NCBI RefSeq assembly: GCF_006345805.1
Contig: NW_021827663.1
Coordinates: 1-9,940 of the forward strand
Length of the DNA: 9,940 nt
Direction: 5' to 3'
Source: Octopus sinensis
Taxonomy: Eukaryota
A program made the translations under genes and the position numbers. Shown here piece by piece: positions 1 through 8,164 of this stretch (the first letter of the stretch is position 1; each line of letters opens with the position of its first letter). The notes beneath the pieces were generated by a model, which was not told where the DNA came from, ran no database searches, and was given only the letters and a program-made list of their open reading frames with translations.

Positions 1-2500
1 TGGGTGATTTCAACTTCCCCAACTTCAAATGGCCCGAAGTTCTCATACTCTCAGGAATGACTCATTGCAAGCAAGCACATGTAGAGTCCCTGCTCAACCT
101 CACCAATGCCTTATTCATGGAGCAAGTTGTACTCAAACCAACTAGGGCGAATAACATTCTGGATCTCTGCTTCACAAACAATATGGACATCATTCATGAT
201 GTGAAAGTGACACCGACATTAGTTTCGGATCACATCATAATAGAGCTGTCTATGTTTGGGCCGAAACAGAGACATACAGCCTAAAGGAAGCACCCGAAAT
301 CTCTCCAATCTGAACTTCCACAAAGCAGATTGGAAATCGATCCAAAAAGAGATCCTCAGAGAGGACTGTCCGGAATGTCTCTCCACACCAGACATTGACA
401 TGAAACTAGAATGCTTCATGTCTTCTGTGCAAGCCGTATGCCAGAATTATGTCCCAGAGCACAAGGCCAAAACAAATAGGAGCAAGATTCCAAGAGATAG
501 GAATATCCTCATGAGACAACGGACGAAGGTTGCAAACCAACTCAACCAACATACTAAAAGTAGCGAAACGTCCCGCCTAAAAACAACACTGATGGAGATC
601 GAAAAAAGGCTGCAACAATCCTATGTGAGGGAGAAAGCAGACAAAGAAGCCTGGGTTATAAAAAAAACATTAAGTCAAACCCAAAGGCCTTCTTTCATTA
701 CGCGAAAGAAACAGCCTCAGTACACTACAAGATAGGACCCCTCCTCCAAAAGGATGGCTCCCTCACAGACAGTTCAACTAGGATCAGTGAGATACTGAAT
801 GACCAGTTCAAAAGTGTATCTACCACCCCGTTGGAACACAGACAAGTGAACGAACCAGTGGACTTCTTTGCCGCCTCACCTATAACCAGCGAGGCAGTTA
901 CAATAGAATGCATTAGCGAAGATGTACTACTAGCCGTAGATGAAGTGGACACAAACTCAACTGCTGGTCTTGATGGTTTCCCAGCAATCCTCCTCAAATC
1001 GTGTAAACATGCCCTGGCAAAACCCCTCGAGATTCTCTTTCAGAGCTTTCTTACAAATGGCAAACTGCCAAGCAAGCTGAAGGAGGGAATAATATGCCCA
1101 ATACATAAAGGGGGAAGTAGAGCAGATGCCAAAAACTATAGGCCTATCTCTCTGACTTCACACATCAGCAAAGTCATGGAACGGATAGTCAGAGGGAAAC
1201 TAATGCATTCCTTGAAAAAAATAATTTGCTAAGTGATACCCAACATGGTTTTCAACCAGGTAGGAGCTGCCTGACCCAGCTCTTACAACGTTATGACTGG
1301 GTGTTGAGGCAGTTACTCAACAAATCAAATGTGGATGTAATCTACCTTGATTTTGCAAAAGCTTTTGAGAAGGTGGATCATGGTATGATATGCCACAAAC
1401 TACGCGACTTCGGCATAGTTGGAAAACTTGGAGTGTGGTTACATGACTTCCTGAAAGATAGGAGTCAGGCAGTGGTGGCTAATAGAGCCACCTCTATGAA
1501 CGCACAAATAGTGAGCGGTGTTCCACAGGGCACTGTCTTGGGACCACTGCTTTTTATAATGGCCCCCTCAGATATGCCTTCAAATGCCCGGATAGCGACT
1601 CTGGCAAGCTATGCAGATGATACGAAAGTCTCACAGAAAATACAGAAGCCCAGCGATGTTGCACACCTGCAGCAGGCGTTGGACTCAATTTACAGATGGG
1701 CTGAGGATAATAATATGCAGTTTAATGCTGAAAGACTCCAGGCCCTGCGCTACCAGCATCCAAAACTGAATATTAAACTTACAGGGTACACCGGTCCACA
1801 GGGAATTTCACCTAAGTCAGTGAGGGACCTGGGTATCGACATGAATGATGATACCTCTTTCCAAGTGCACATTACCAGGATGGCAACAAAGTGCAGACGA
1901 CTGGCTGGGTGGATCCTAAGAACATTCAGAACCAGAGATGAGGAAACCATGATGGTCCTCTGGCGTACATTCGTCCTCAGCCGCCTGGATTACTGCTCAC
2001 AGCTATGGTCACCCACCAGTGTGAGATTAACAGCGGACCTTGAAGCAATCCAGAGAAGATTCACAAAGAATATCGTCTCTTTGCAACAGCTCAGCTACTG
2101 GGAAAGGTTGAAACAGCTAAGACTCTACTCCCTGGAGAGAAGACGGGAGAGGTATGCAGTAATATATGTCTGGACGATCCTGGAAGGAATTGTGCCAAAT
2201 TTTGGCATTGAAAGCAACACCAATGCCAGAACTGGACGACACTGCATAGTGCCAAAGATCCCAGCAATGCCATCACGCTTCAGGACGAGTTACTGCAACA
2301 GCCTGGGTTTCAAGGGCCCACAACTTTTTAATATTCTCCCAAAGTAGATGTAGGGTTTTTTAAATCAAAGCTGGACCTCTTCCTGTCGAGAGTCCCAGAT
2401 GAGCCTGCCTCACGGCAAGAGGTGCAAATGTGGGTAGCTATATCAAACTCCATTTTTCATCAAGTGCCACATATTAGAGGAGGCTCCTAGTAATAACAGT
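1..2500 (+). mobile_element. Non-LTR retrotransposon (LINE, CR1/L2 group); runs off the left edge, 3' UTR cut short by a microsatellite
   Basis: Collinear APE endonuclease, linker and RT motifs on +. The ORF ends at TAG 2488-2490, followed by TAA TAA and then a (TG)/(TA) tract from ~2501. Clade is assigned from motif style (NPKAFFHY, YLDFAKAF, LYSLERRRERY), not from a tree. Confidence 0.9.
3..2490 (+). pseudogene. LINE ORF2 (APE endonuclease + reverse transcriptase) broken by 4 frameshifts
   Basis: EN motifs: GDFN (3-14), PTR..ILDL, SDH (225-233). RT motifs: AGLDG, NYRPISLTS, QHGF..GRSCLTQLL, YLDFAKAF (from 1343), GVPQGTVLGPLLF (PQG from 1523), YADD (1610-1621), VRDLGI, LDYCSQLWSP. Frameshifts at ~255-282, ~660-667 (A run; continues NIKSNPKAFFHYAK...), ~1215-1226 (A run) and ~2343 (continues VDVGFFKSKLDLFLSRVPDEP...IRGGS*). 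Confidence 0.92.
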
Positions 2501-2512
2501 GTATGTACATAC

Positions 2513-2525
<13 letters not shown>

Positions 2526-2558
<33 letters not shown>
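2526..2558. repeat. (TA)n microsatellite within a TG/TA-rich tract (2501-2665)
   Basis: Read directly from the sequence. Confidence 0.97.
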
Positions 2559-2560
<2 letters not shown>

Positions 2561-2916
2561 TACATACATATATATTCTTTTATTTGTTTCGGTATCTATA
2601 TATACTGTGTACATCTTCTATCTATCTCTCGTGTGTATGTTATTTGCACACACACACATGCATGTATGGAATCAGGACAAGCTAACATAGAAAAAAGGGT
2701 CCTTCATCAGTTTTCGACTGTCTTTCTACTCCTTATTTCCAGTTTGTACGAAACTAAGGATTCCATCAACTGCTTATCTCTATACGAAACTAATGATCTC
2801 ATCCGTTAATAATATGGAAATTTCGAGCACGAAATAGAGAACAATCTAGATTCACAGCTGTTTTCAAATCCGGTACTCTGTCGCACAGTATAATATGTTA
2901 AACTCAGGTACCTCCG

Positions 2917-3260
2917 CAACCACATGGCTCCGTGTTCAACCCCATTGCGTGGCACACTTGGATAAGTGTCTTCTATTATAGCCTAAGGCCAACAAAAACC
3001 TTCTGAGTGGATCTGGTAGACGGAAACTGAAAGAAGCCCTTCGTATATATGTATATGTGTGTGTGAGATTTTGTCTGTGTTTGATCCACCACCACCGTAG
3101 GTGTTGGTATATTTACGTCCCTCGTAACTTAGCGGTTCGGCAAAATAAGTACCAGGTTTAACAAAAGAATAAGTACCGGGGTCGATTCATTCGACTAAAA
3201 AGAATTGTTCAAGTCGTTGCTCCAGCATGGCTACAGTCTAATGGCTGAAACAAGTAAAAG
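2917..3260 (+). mobile_element. Diverged SINE copy with 5' end missing (same family as 8165-8576)
   Basis: Aligns by eye to 8200-8574: CAACCACATGG..GTTCAA, GTAGACGGAAACTGAAAGAAGCCC, internal TA/TG tract, CGTAACTTAGCGGTTCGGCAAAA, CCAGCATGG..CTGAAACAAGTAAAAG. Confidence 0.88.
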
Positions 3261-3595
3261 GTAACAGTTATTTCCGTCGTAAAATGAAGAATTCTAATCG
3301 TTTCGTTTGTTTTGAGGGATTTTCTTCGAAGAGTATTGACTTCTACACAGCCACACATATTCTTTGAGATTCATAATAGAGACAGACTCTTCAGGAAAAA
3401 AACAATGCACATTTGATTCCATGCTGCTTTCGACAAATGGAACGGTTGCATGACAATCAAAACAAGAGAAAACTAATATTAATCTAAATAATAATGTACC
3501 AAAAAAAAAAGGAATTCATACGCTTTGTTATAAAATTATAGGTTTTCGTTTACATATTGGATGTCACGTGTATATACATGTATATATACGTGTGC

Positions 3596-3598
<3 letters not shown>

Positions 3599-3663
<65 letters not shown>
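3599..3663. repeat. (TA)~32 microsatellite
   Basis: Read directly from the sequence. Confidence 0.98.
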
Positions 3664-3668
<5 letters not shown>

Positions 3669-3679
3669 TATAGACATTC

Positions 3680-3850
3680 TTTTTTTTTTTATTTGTTTCA
3701 GTCATTTGACTGCGGCCATGCTGGAGCACCGCCTTTAGTCAAGCAAATCGACTACAGGACTTATTCTTTTATCGAACTGCAGAGTTACGGAGACGTAAAC
3801 ACACAAGCATCGGTTGTCAAGCGATGTTGACGTGGGGGGAGGCACAAGCA
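3680..3850 (-). mobile_element. SINE 3' half (tail only), with an internal deletion
   Basis: The reverse complement matches 8385-8576 (ACATCGCTTGACAACCGATGC...GGCGGTGCTCCAGCATGGCCGCAGTCAAATGACTGAAACAA) and ends in an A run. No head is adjacent. Confidence 0.9.
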
Positions 3851-3893
3851 TATATACACATACACAAATATAAAATATGTATGTGTATATATA

Positions 3894-4063
3894 TTTTGTT
3901 GTTTAAGAAAAATGTCCAGGTCCTCGAGTTTTTGTCTATGTTTTCGTTTCTTCTTGTGTTCGACGTTTTTTTTTTGGTGTCCTGTACACATATACGCGTG
4001 TATATATACATGTAGAGGTAGGTTCGTACATATATGTATATATATATGCATATGTTTTATTTA

Positions 4064-4100
<37 letters not shown>

Positions 4101-4142
4101 AATATATTAATATATATATTTATTAATATATATATTTATTTA

Positions 4143-4190
<48 letters not shown>

Positions 4191-4356
4191 AAAAACATAT
4201 GCATATATATATACATATATGTACGAACCTACCTCTACATGTATATATACACGCGTATATGTGTACAGGACACCAAAAAAAAAACGTCGAACACAAGAAG
4301 AAACGAAAACATAGACAAAAACTCGAGGACCTGGACATTTTTCTTAAACAACAAAA
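3894..4356. repeat. Perfect 165-bp inverted repeat (3894-4058 / 4192-4356) around a 133-nt A/T-only spacer
   Basis: The arms are exact reverse complements by eye. ORFs 3785..4051(-) and 4199..4459(+) share an identical 52-aa start. Confidence 0.95.
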
Positions 4357-4553
4357 AATAGAGTACAGGACAATAACACAAGGAAAAAACCCTTCTTCAG
4401 TCGCCATGGTTTCATCTACTCTACGTTTCGAAGATGAAGGCGAGACGTATCTTCGATAGAAACTTTCCTTCCTGCGAAAAGCAAATCAAATAAAATTTGA
4501 GATCTTTTTGCAGAGGGGTAAAAATGGTAACAAAAACAGGACAGTAACGACAG

Positions 4554-4554
<1 letters not shown>
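4192..4554. mobile_element. Unclassified interspersed repeat, possibly Penelope-related and non-autonomous
   Basis: Bounded by TA tracts on both sides. A diverged homologous segment lies at 2673-2731. The minus strand carries CGAAACGTA and CTGAAGAAG boxes. Confidence 0.4.

Positions 4555-4584
<30 letters not shown>
4555..4584. repeat. (TA)15 microsatellite at the left boundary of the Penelope-like element
   Basis: Read directly from the sequence. Confidence 0.97.
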
Positions 4585-4586
<2 letters not shown>

Positions 4587-5229
4587 TGGTGGAGTAAATT
4601 GATCAAAATAAAATAAAAACATGATGCGAAGGATTCAGCGGTACATATGTTTCGGGCCTTTATTAGACAGATTTATAACAATGCATAATGTATGTCTGTG
4701 GCCTTCTTCAGCCGCGCACAACAGCTTCCACAAGGACATGTGTTACATCAAAAATTCTTGGTTGGGGATGCAAATCCTCTCATTCACGTACGACATAATG
4801 CGGCAGCAGCATAGAGTTGAAGCGTCCATCTCTTTCTTCTCTCAATGTAGAATGAGGAAAATTGGATGTTGAGGTAATGTAAATAAATAAATACATATAT
4901 AGAGGTGAAGATGGAGGGGCGAGAGTTCGGGACGAGGGATAAAAATGTATAAAAGTGTAAGTATAGAATAATATAAAAATGTAGAGGATAAAGGGTTGTA
5001 AGTAGATGTAAAGGGGGTATAAAGAAATATAAAGTAAAAATAGAAATAGAAATAAAAGTAAAAAAACCTGATAAAAACATGATAAAAGTGTAAAAGAATG
5101 TAAAGATAAGGGATGTATAGAGGTTATGGACCAAGCATGGTGGTCAGGAGATTGATAAAATTTAGTTGTAGAATTGTCAGTACATCAACAGTTTCGTCTG
5201 GGGACTTAATGCGTTGTAAATCATAGAGC
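4583..5229 (-). repeat. Left arm: inverted copy of 6719-7367 (pseudo-LTR-like)
   Basis: Near-identical reverse complement over ~650 bp; the differences are almost all homopolymer-length indels. Confidence 0.95.
4638..4715 (-). ncRNA. Minimal type I hammerhead ribozyme motif (left-arm copy)
   Basis: Minus strand reads GCGG-CUGAAGA-A-GGCC...GGCC-C-GAAA-C-AUAU-GUA-CCGC. Confidence 0.75.
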
Positions 5230-5230
5230 A

Positions 5231-5368
5231 GGATGCCAACTATGCTGTGTAGAACTCCTTAACATCTTGAAATTCAAAGACAAACACAATCTTATTAACA
5301 AAAGGTCAGAGTTCAAACCATCCTGTATACATAAACTTATTAATACTTTCAAATACTACAATGCTTAG
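5231..5368 (+). pseudogene. C-terminal remnant of a PLE ORF (end of the GIY-YIG endonuclease region)
   Basis: Translates as GCQLCCVELLNILKFKDKHNLINKRSEFKPSCIHKLINTFKYYNA*. This fits the CxLCxxE..IL...LxNKRSE...CxH pattern I recognise from invertebrate PLE ORF ends. Not in the ORF track. Confidence 0.75.
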
Positions 5369-5444
5369 GTCTTATACCAACTCCCCCATGCAATTTCCTC
5401 CCACCCGGTGCAACCTGTCGGCTCCAGCACATCCCGCTTTCCTA

Positions 5445-5582
5445 TATGTGCGTGTATATGTGTATGTGTGTGTGTGTGTGCGTATGTATGTGCACATCGT
5501 GTACGTATGTGTACATATACATATATATGTACATGTGCGTGTGTGTGTGTGTGTGTGTGTGTGGGTGTGTGTACGTGCATAT
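5445..5582. repeat. Compound (TG)/(TA)/(CA) alternating purine-pyrimidine tract
   Basis: Read directly from the sequence. Confidence 0.9.
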
Positions 5583-5844
5583 AGGGTTCCCTGCATTTTC
5601 CCCCCTATATATACAAATTTTGTCTCCCATATATGACTTCTTTTCCCTAAATATTTCTTCTCCTACACCATATCCTCCCTATGTAGTCTCTTTAATCCCC
5701 TATATCTATACCCTTTCACATTTCTAACTCAGATGTTGAACGCACACGCCAAACTCCACTTCCCACCCTTCCAATTTTCAGTTCCCCCCGCCCGCCCCTA
5801 CGTTTAACACACACCTCTAACTTTCAAACCACCTTCATCTCATG

Positions 5845-6170
5845 TTAAACTTACAAAATTATATTTTTATCTTATTTTATTTTTATTTTTACTTTTATTT
5901 TTACTTTTATCCTACTTCCATTATTTTTATTTTTATTTTTAATTTTATTTTTACTTTTATTCTACTTCCATTTATTCTCATTTTCATTTTCATCCCTTAC
6001 CTTAACTCTTATAATTTTTATAATTCTTATACTACTTCATTTCTAACTATTACATTGTATTTCTTATTTTATACTGTATTTTTTATTTCTAATCTTTACC
6101 CTTACCCTCATTCTTACCCCTACTTATCGCTTTACACCTCTATATATGTTTATTTACTTACCTATGGATC
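5845..6170 (+). repeat. T-rich, G-depleted low-complexity block with a ~50-bp period duplication
   Basis: No G from 5845 to 6056. TTTTACTTTTAT(C/T)CTACTTCCATT occurs at ~5898 and ~5948. Confidence 0.85.
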
Positions 6171-6179
6171 CACCTTTTG

Positions 6180-6672
6180 AATATACGAGCGTCCGCGTAC
6201 GTGTGTATACGCATACATACATATGCACGCGCATATATGTACATGCATACTTCGATATCTTATAGCTATACCCATGTGCGCGTGTGTCTCTGTGTGTGTA
6301 TATGAGTGTATATGTGCACGCACATACGGACACACAGCCGTGTGTGCGTGCGCGTATTGACAGGAGTACGGGATTCTTTACATACGTTCTTATACACATC
6401 CTTTAATATCTTATACCTGGACCTAGAGGCGTGGGCATATACGTGTGTGTATGTAGTGATGGGCGCGCGTATATACATGTGAGCGTGTACGCGCGTAATG
6501 TCCGTGTATATATGCGGATATTCTGTTGTATGTATGTGTGTGTACGCGCGTGCGTGTGGGTGCGTGTGTGTTTATGTACGTGTTTACACGCGAGTGCGTG
6601 TGTATGCTTATAGGCTTGGAGGCGTATATGTACGCGTGTATGTGGGTGTATATATCCATGATGATATGTATG
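6180..6672. repeat. Long degenerate alternating purine-pyrimidine tract (TG/TA/CG/CA)
   Basis: Read directly from the sequence. Confidence 0.88.
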
Positions 6673-6718
6673 TACTAGAAGTCCATTTAATTCAAGGAAC
6701 CAGATTAAATGCTCATCA

Positions 6719-7367
6719 GCTCTGATTTACAAAACGCATTAAGTCCCCAGACGAAACTGTTGATGTACTGACAATTCTACAACTAAATTTTATCATACTC
6801 CTGACCACCATGCTTGGTCCATAACCTCTATACATCCCTTATCTTTACATTCTTTTACACTTTTATCATGTTTTTTCAGGTTTTTTTACTTTTATTTCTA
6901 TTTCTATTTTTACTTTATATTTCTTTATACCCCCCCTTTACATCTACTTACAACCCTTTATCCTCTACATTTTTATATTATTCTATACTTACACTTTTTA
7001 TACATTTTTTAATCCCTCGTCCCGAACTCTCGCCCCTCCATCTTCACCTCTATATATGTATTTATTTATTTACATTACCTCAACATCCAATTTTCCTCAT
7101 TCTACATTGAGAGAAGAAGAGATGGACGCTTCAACTCTATGCTGCTGCCGCATTATGTCGTACGTGAATGAGAGGATTTGCATCCCCAACCAAGAATTTT
7201 TGATGTAACACATGTCCTTGTGGAAGCTGTTGTGCGCGGCTGAAGAAGGCACAGACATACATTATGCATTGTTATAAATCTGTCTAATAAGGCCCGAAAC
7301 ATATGTACCGCTGAATCCTTCGCATCATGTTTTTATTTTTATTTTGATCAATTTACTCCACCACCTA
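6719..7367 (+). repeat. Right arm: 3' terminal (pseudo-LTR-like) segment of the PLE
   Basis: Reverse complement of 4583-5229; contains the sense-strand hammerhead motif. Confidence 0.92.
7236..7311 (+). ncRNA. Minimal type I hammerhead ribozyme motif; predicted cleavage after GUA at 7307
   Basis: Stem I GCGG(7236-39)/CCGC(7308-11); CUGAAGA 7240-46; stem II GGC/GCC plus ACAGA/UCUGU; GAAA 7296-99; helix III C-AUAU-G (palindromic ACAUAUGU); GUA 7305-07. Confidence 0.78.
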
Positions 7368-7422
7368 CACCACCAAACGGTATACACAGGTGCTTATAAT
7401 TATCAAGTACTCACCCCGAATT

Positions 7423-7944
7423 TCTATATAATATATATATAAAACTGTAGTTGTGTGAGTGTCTGTCCCCTTCGATTTAGATTCCTAACTACTCCCCACA
7501 TTTTGCGGTGCAGTTTACCAAACCGGGTATCTTATAGTCGTGATTCATATCGAGCCCGTCTGGCTATTAGCGCGCGTCTACGATGAGTCTACGATTTTAA
7601 AAATAATTTAACATCATTTTTTTATTATTCCATTTTAATGCATAATCTTTCGTGTTCGATGGCGGTGGAGTTGGCGTCCATGGTCACACCTGCACCTGTT
7701 TTCTTCTCCCCCTTCTTCCCTCCCTCGTGAAGCTGTGGGGAAGGGAGTGTAAGGAAATCAACGTCGTAAAGCGTTGTCAAGGAGACCAGCGTTCTTTTAG
7801 AACAACGACTTCATGGCTTGAAGACACCAAAACAGAAATGGCTAAGAAAGCCCGAATTGGCATCTATAAGGGAAGTAACTCTCTAAAATGCTTATATAGT
7901 TATTTCCCTTACAAACCCGAGCCAACGCCGGCGATACTGCTTAG
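7423..7944 (+). mobile_element. Short non-autonomous Helitron-like element
   Basis: Starts TCTATATAATATATATATAAAACTGTAG. Ends with GC-rich, hairpin-forming CCCGAGCCAACGCCGGCG, then ATACTG-CTTAG|T (one extra T versus CTAG). No TIRs, TSD or credible ORF. The 5' flank base is T rather than the canonical A. Confidence 0.6.
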
Positions 7945-7964
7945 TATATATATATATATATATA
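7945..7964. repeat. (TA)10 microsatellite
   Basis: Read directly from the sequence. Confidence 0.97.
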
Positions 7965-8127
7965 CGACGGGCTTCTTTCAGTTTCCGTCTACCAAATCCA
8001 CTCACAACGCTTCGGTCGGCCCGAGGCTATAGTAAAAGACACTTGCCCAAGGCGCCACACACTAGAACTGAACCCGGAACCATGTGGTTGGGAAGCAAGC
8101 TACTTACCACACAGCCACTCCTACGCC
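7965..8127 (-). mobile_element. SINE 5' half (tRNA-derived head and body), no adjacent tail
   Basis: Reverse complement of 8165-8327, with about 17 mismatches in 163 nt by hand count. Confidence 0.92.
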
Positions 8128-8164
8128 TTAAAATAAGTATACGCATATTATAAATATAATTATA

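Larger units (their letters stand above)
4583..7367 (+). mobile_element. 5'-truncated Penelope-like retroelement (PLE) with an inverted terminal arm
   Basis: Inverted arms at 4583-5229 and 6719-7367. A PLE-type ORF C-terminus starts right at the inner edge of the left arm. Each arm carries a hammerhead motif, in sense orientation in the right arm. Confidence 0.78.

Noticed and set aside
219-2276. Minus-strand ORFs 219-419, 725-997, 1750-1950 and 2091-2276
   Set aside because: Antisense shadows of LINE ORF2.
2490-2525. Expected 3' tail shared between the LINE and the SINE (partner relationship)
   Set aside because: The LINE 3' UTR is cut off about 10 nt after the stop, so no shared tail can be seen here.
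2747-2803. Direct repeat TACGAAACTAA.GAT..CATC twice, period 36
   Set aside because: Only two units in eukaryotic DNA, so not CRISPR. Its CGAAAC is on the opposite strand to the nearby CUGAUGA, so it does not complete a hammerhead.
2499-2809. ORFs rich in YI/CV repeats (also at 3561-4459, 5361-5727, 6154-6725, 8160-8717 and 9065-9265)
   Set aside because: They are translations of TA/TG microsatellites and SINE sequence, with no protein motifs.
3261-3560. Weak minus-strand resemblance to a mariner C-terminus (CVEVN...FEEN) near 3320-3350
   Set aside because: It is short, needs a frameshift, and has no TIR or other motif.
4390-4470. Intact type I or type II hammerhead on the minus strand
   Set aside because: The boxes are in permuted order with no stem I hairpin. 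The upstream candidate core reads UCGAAGA and would be sequestered in the UCGAAGAU/AUCUUCGA hairpin. Kept only as a relic hypothesis.
4784-5134. Hydrophobic ORFs 4784-5134(-), 6814-7110(+) and 5842-6180(+) resembling membrane proteins
   Set aside because: Their F/I/L/Y richness comes from T-rich low complexity, and the two arm copies are frameshifted relative to each other.
7652-8032. 126-aa ORF
   Set aside because: It runs across a Helitron-like end, a TA tract and an antisense SINE, so it is a chance ORF.
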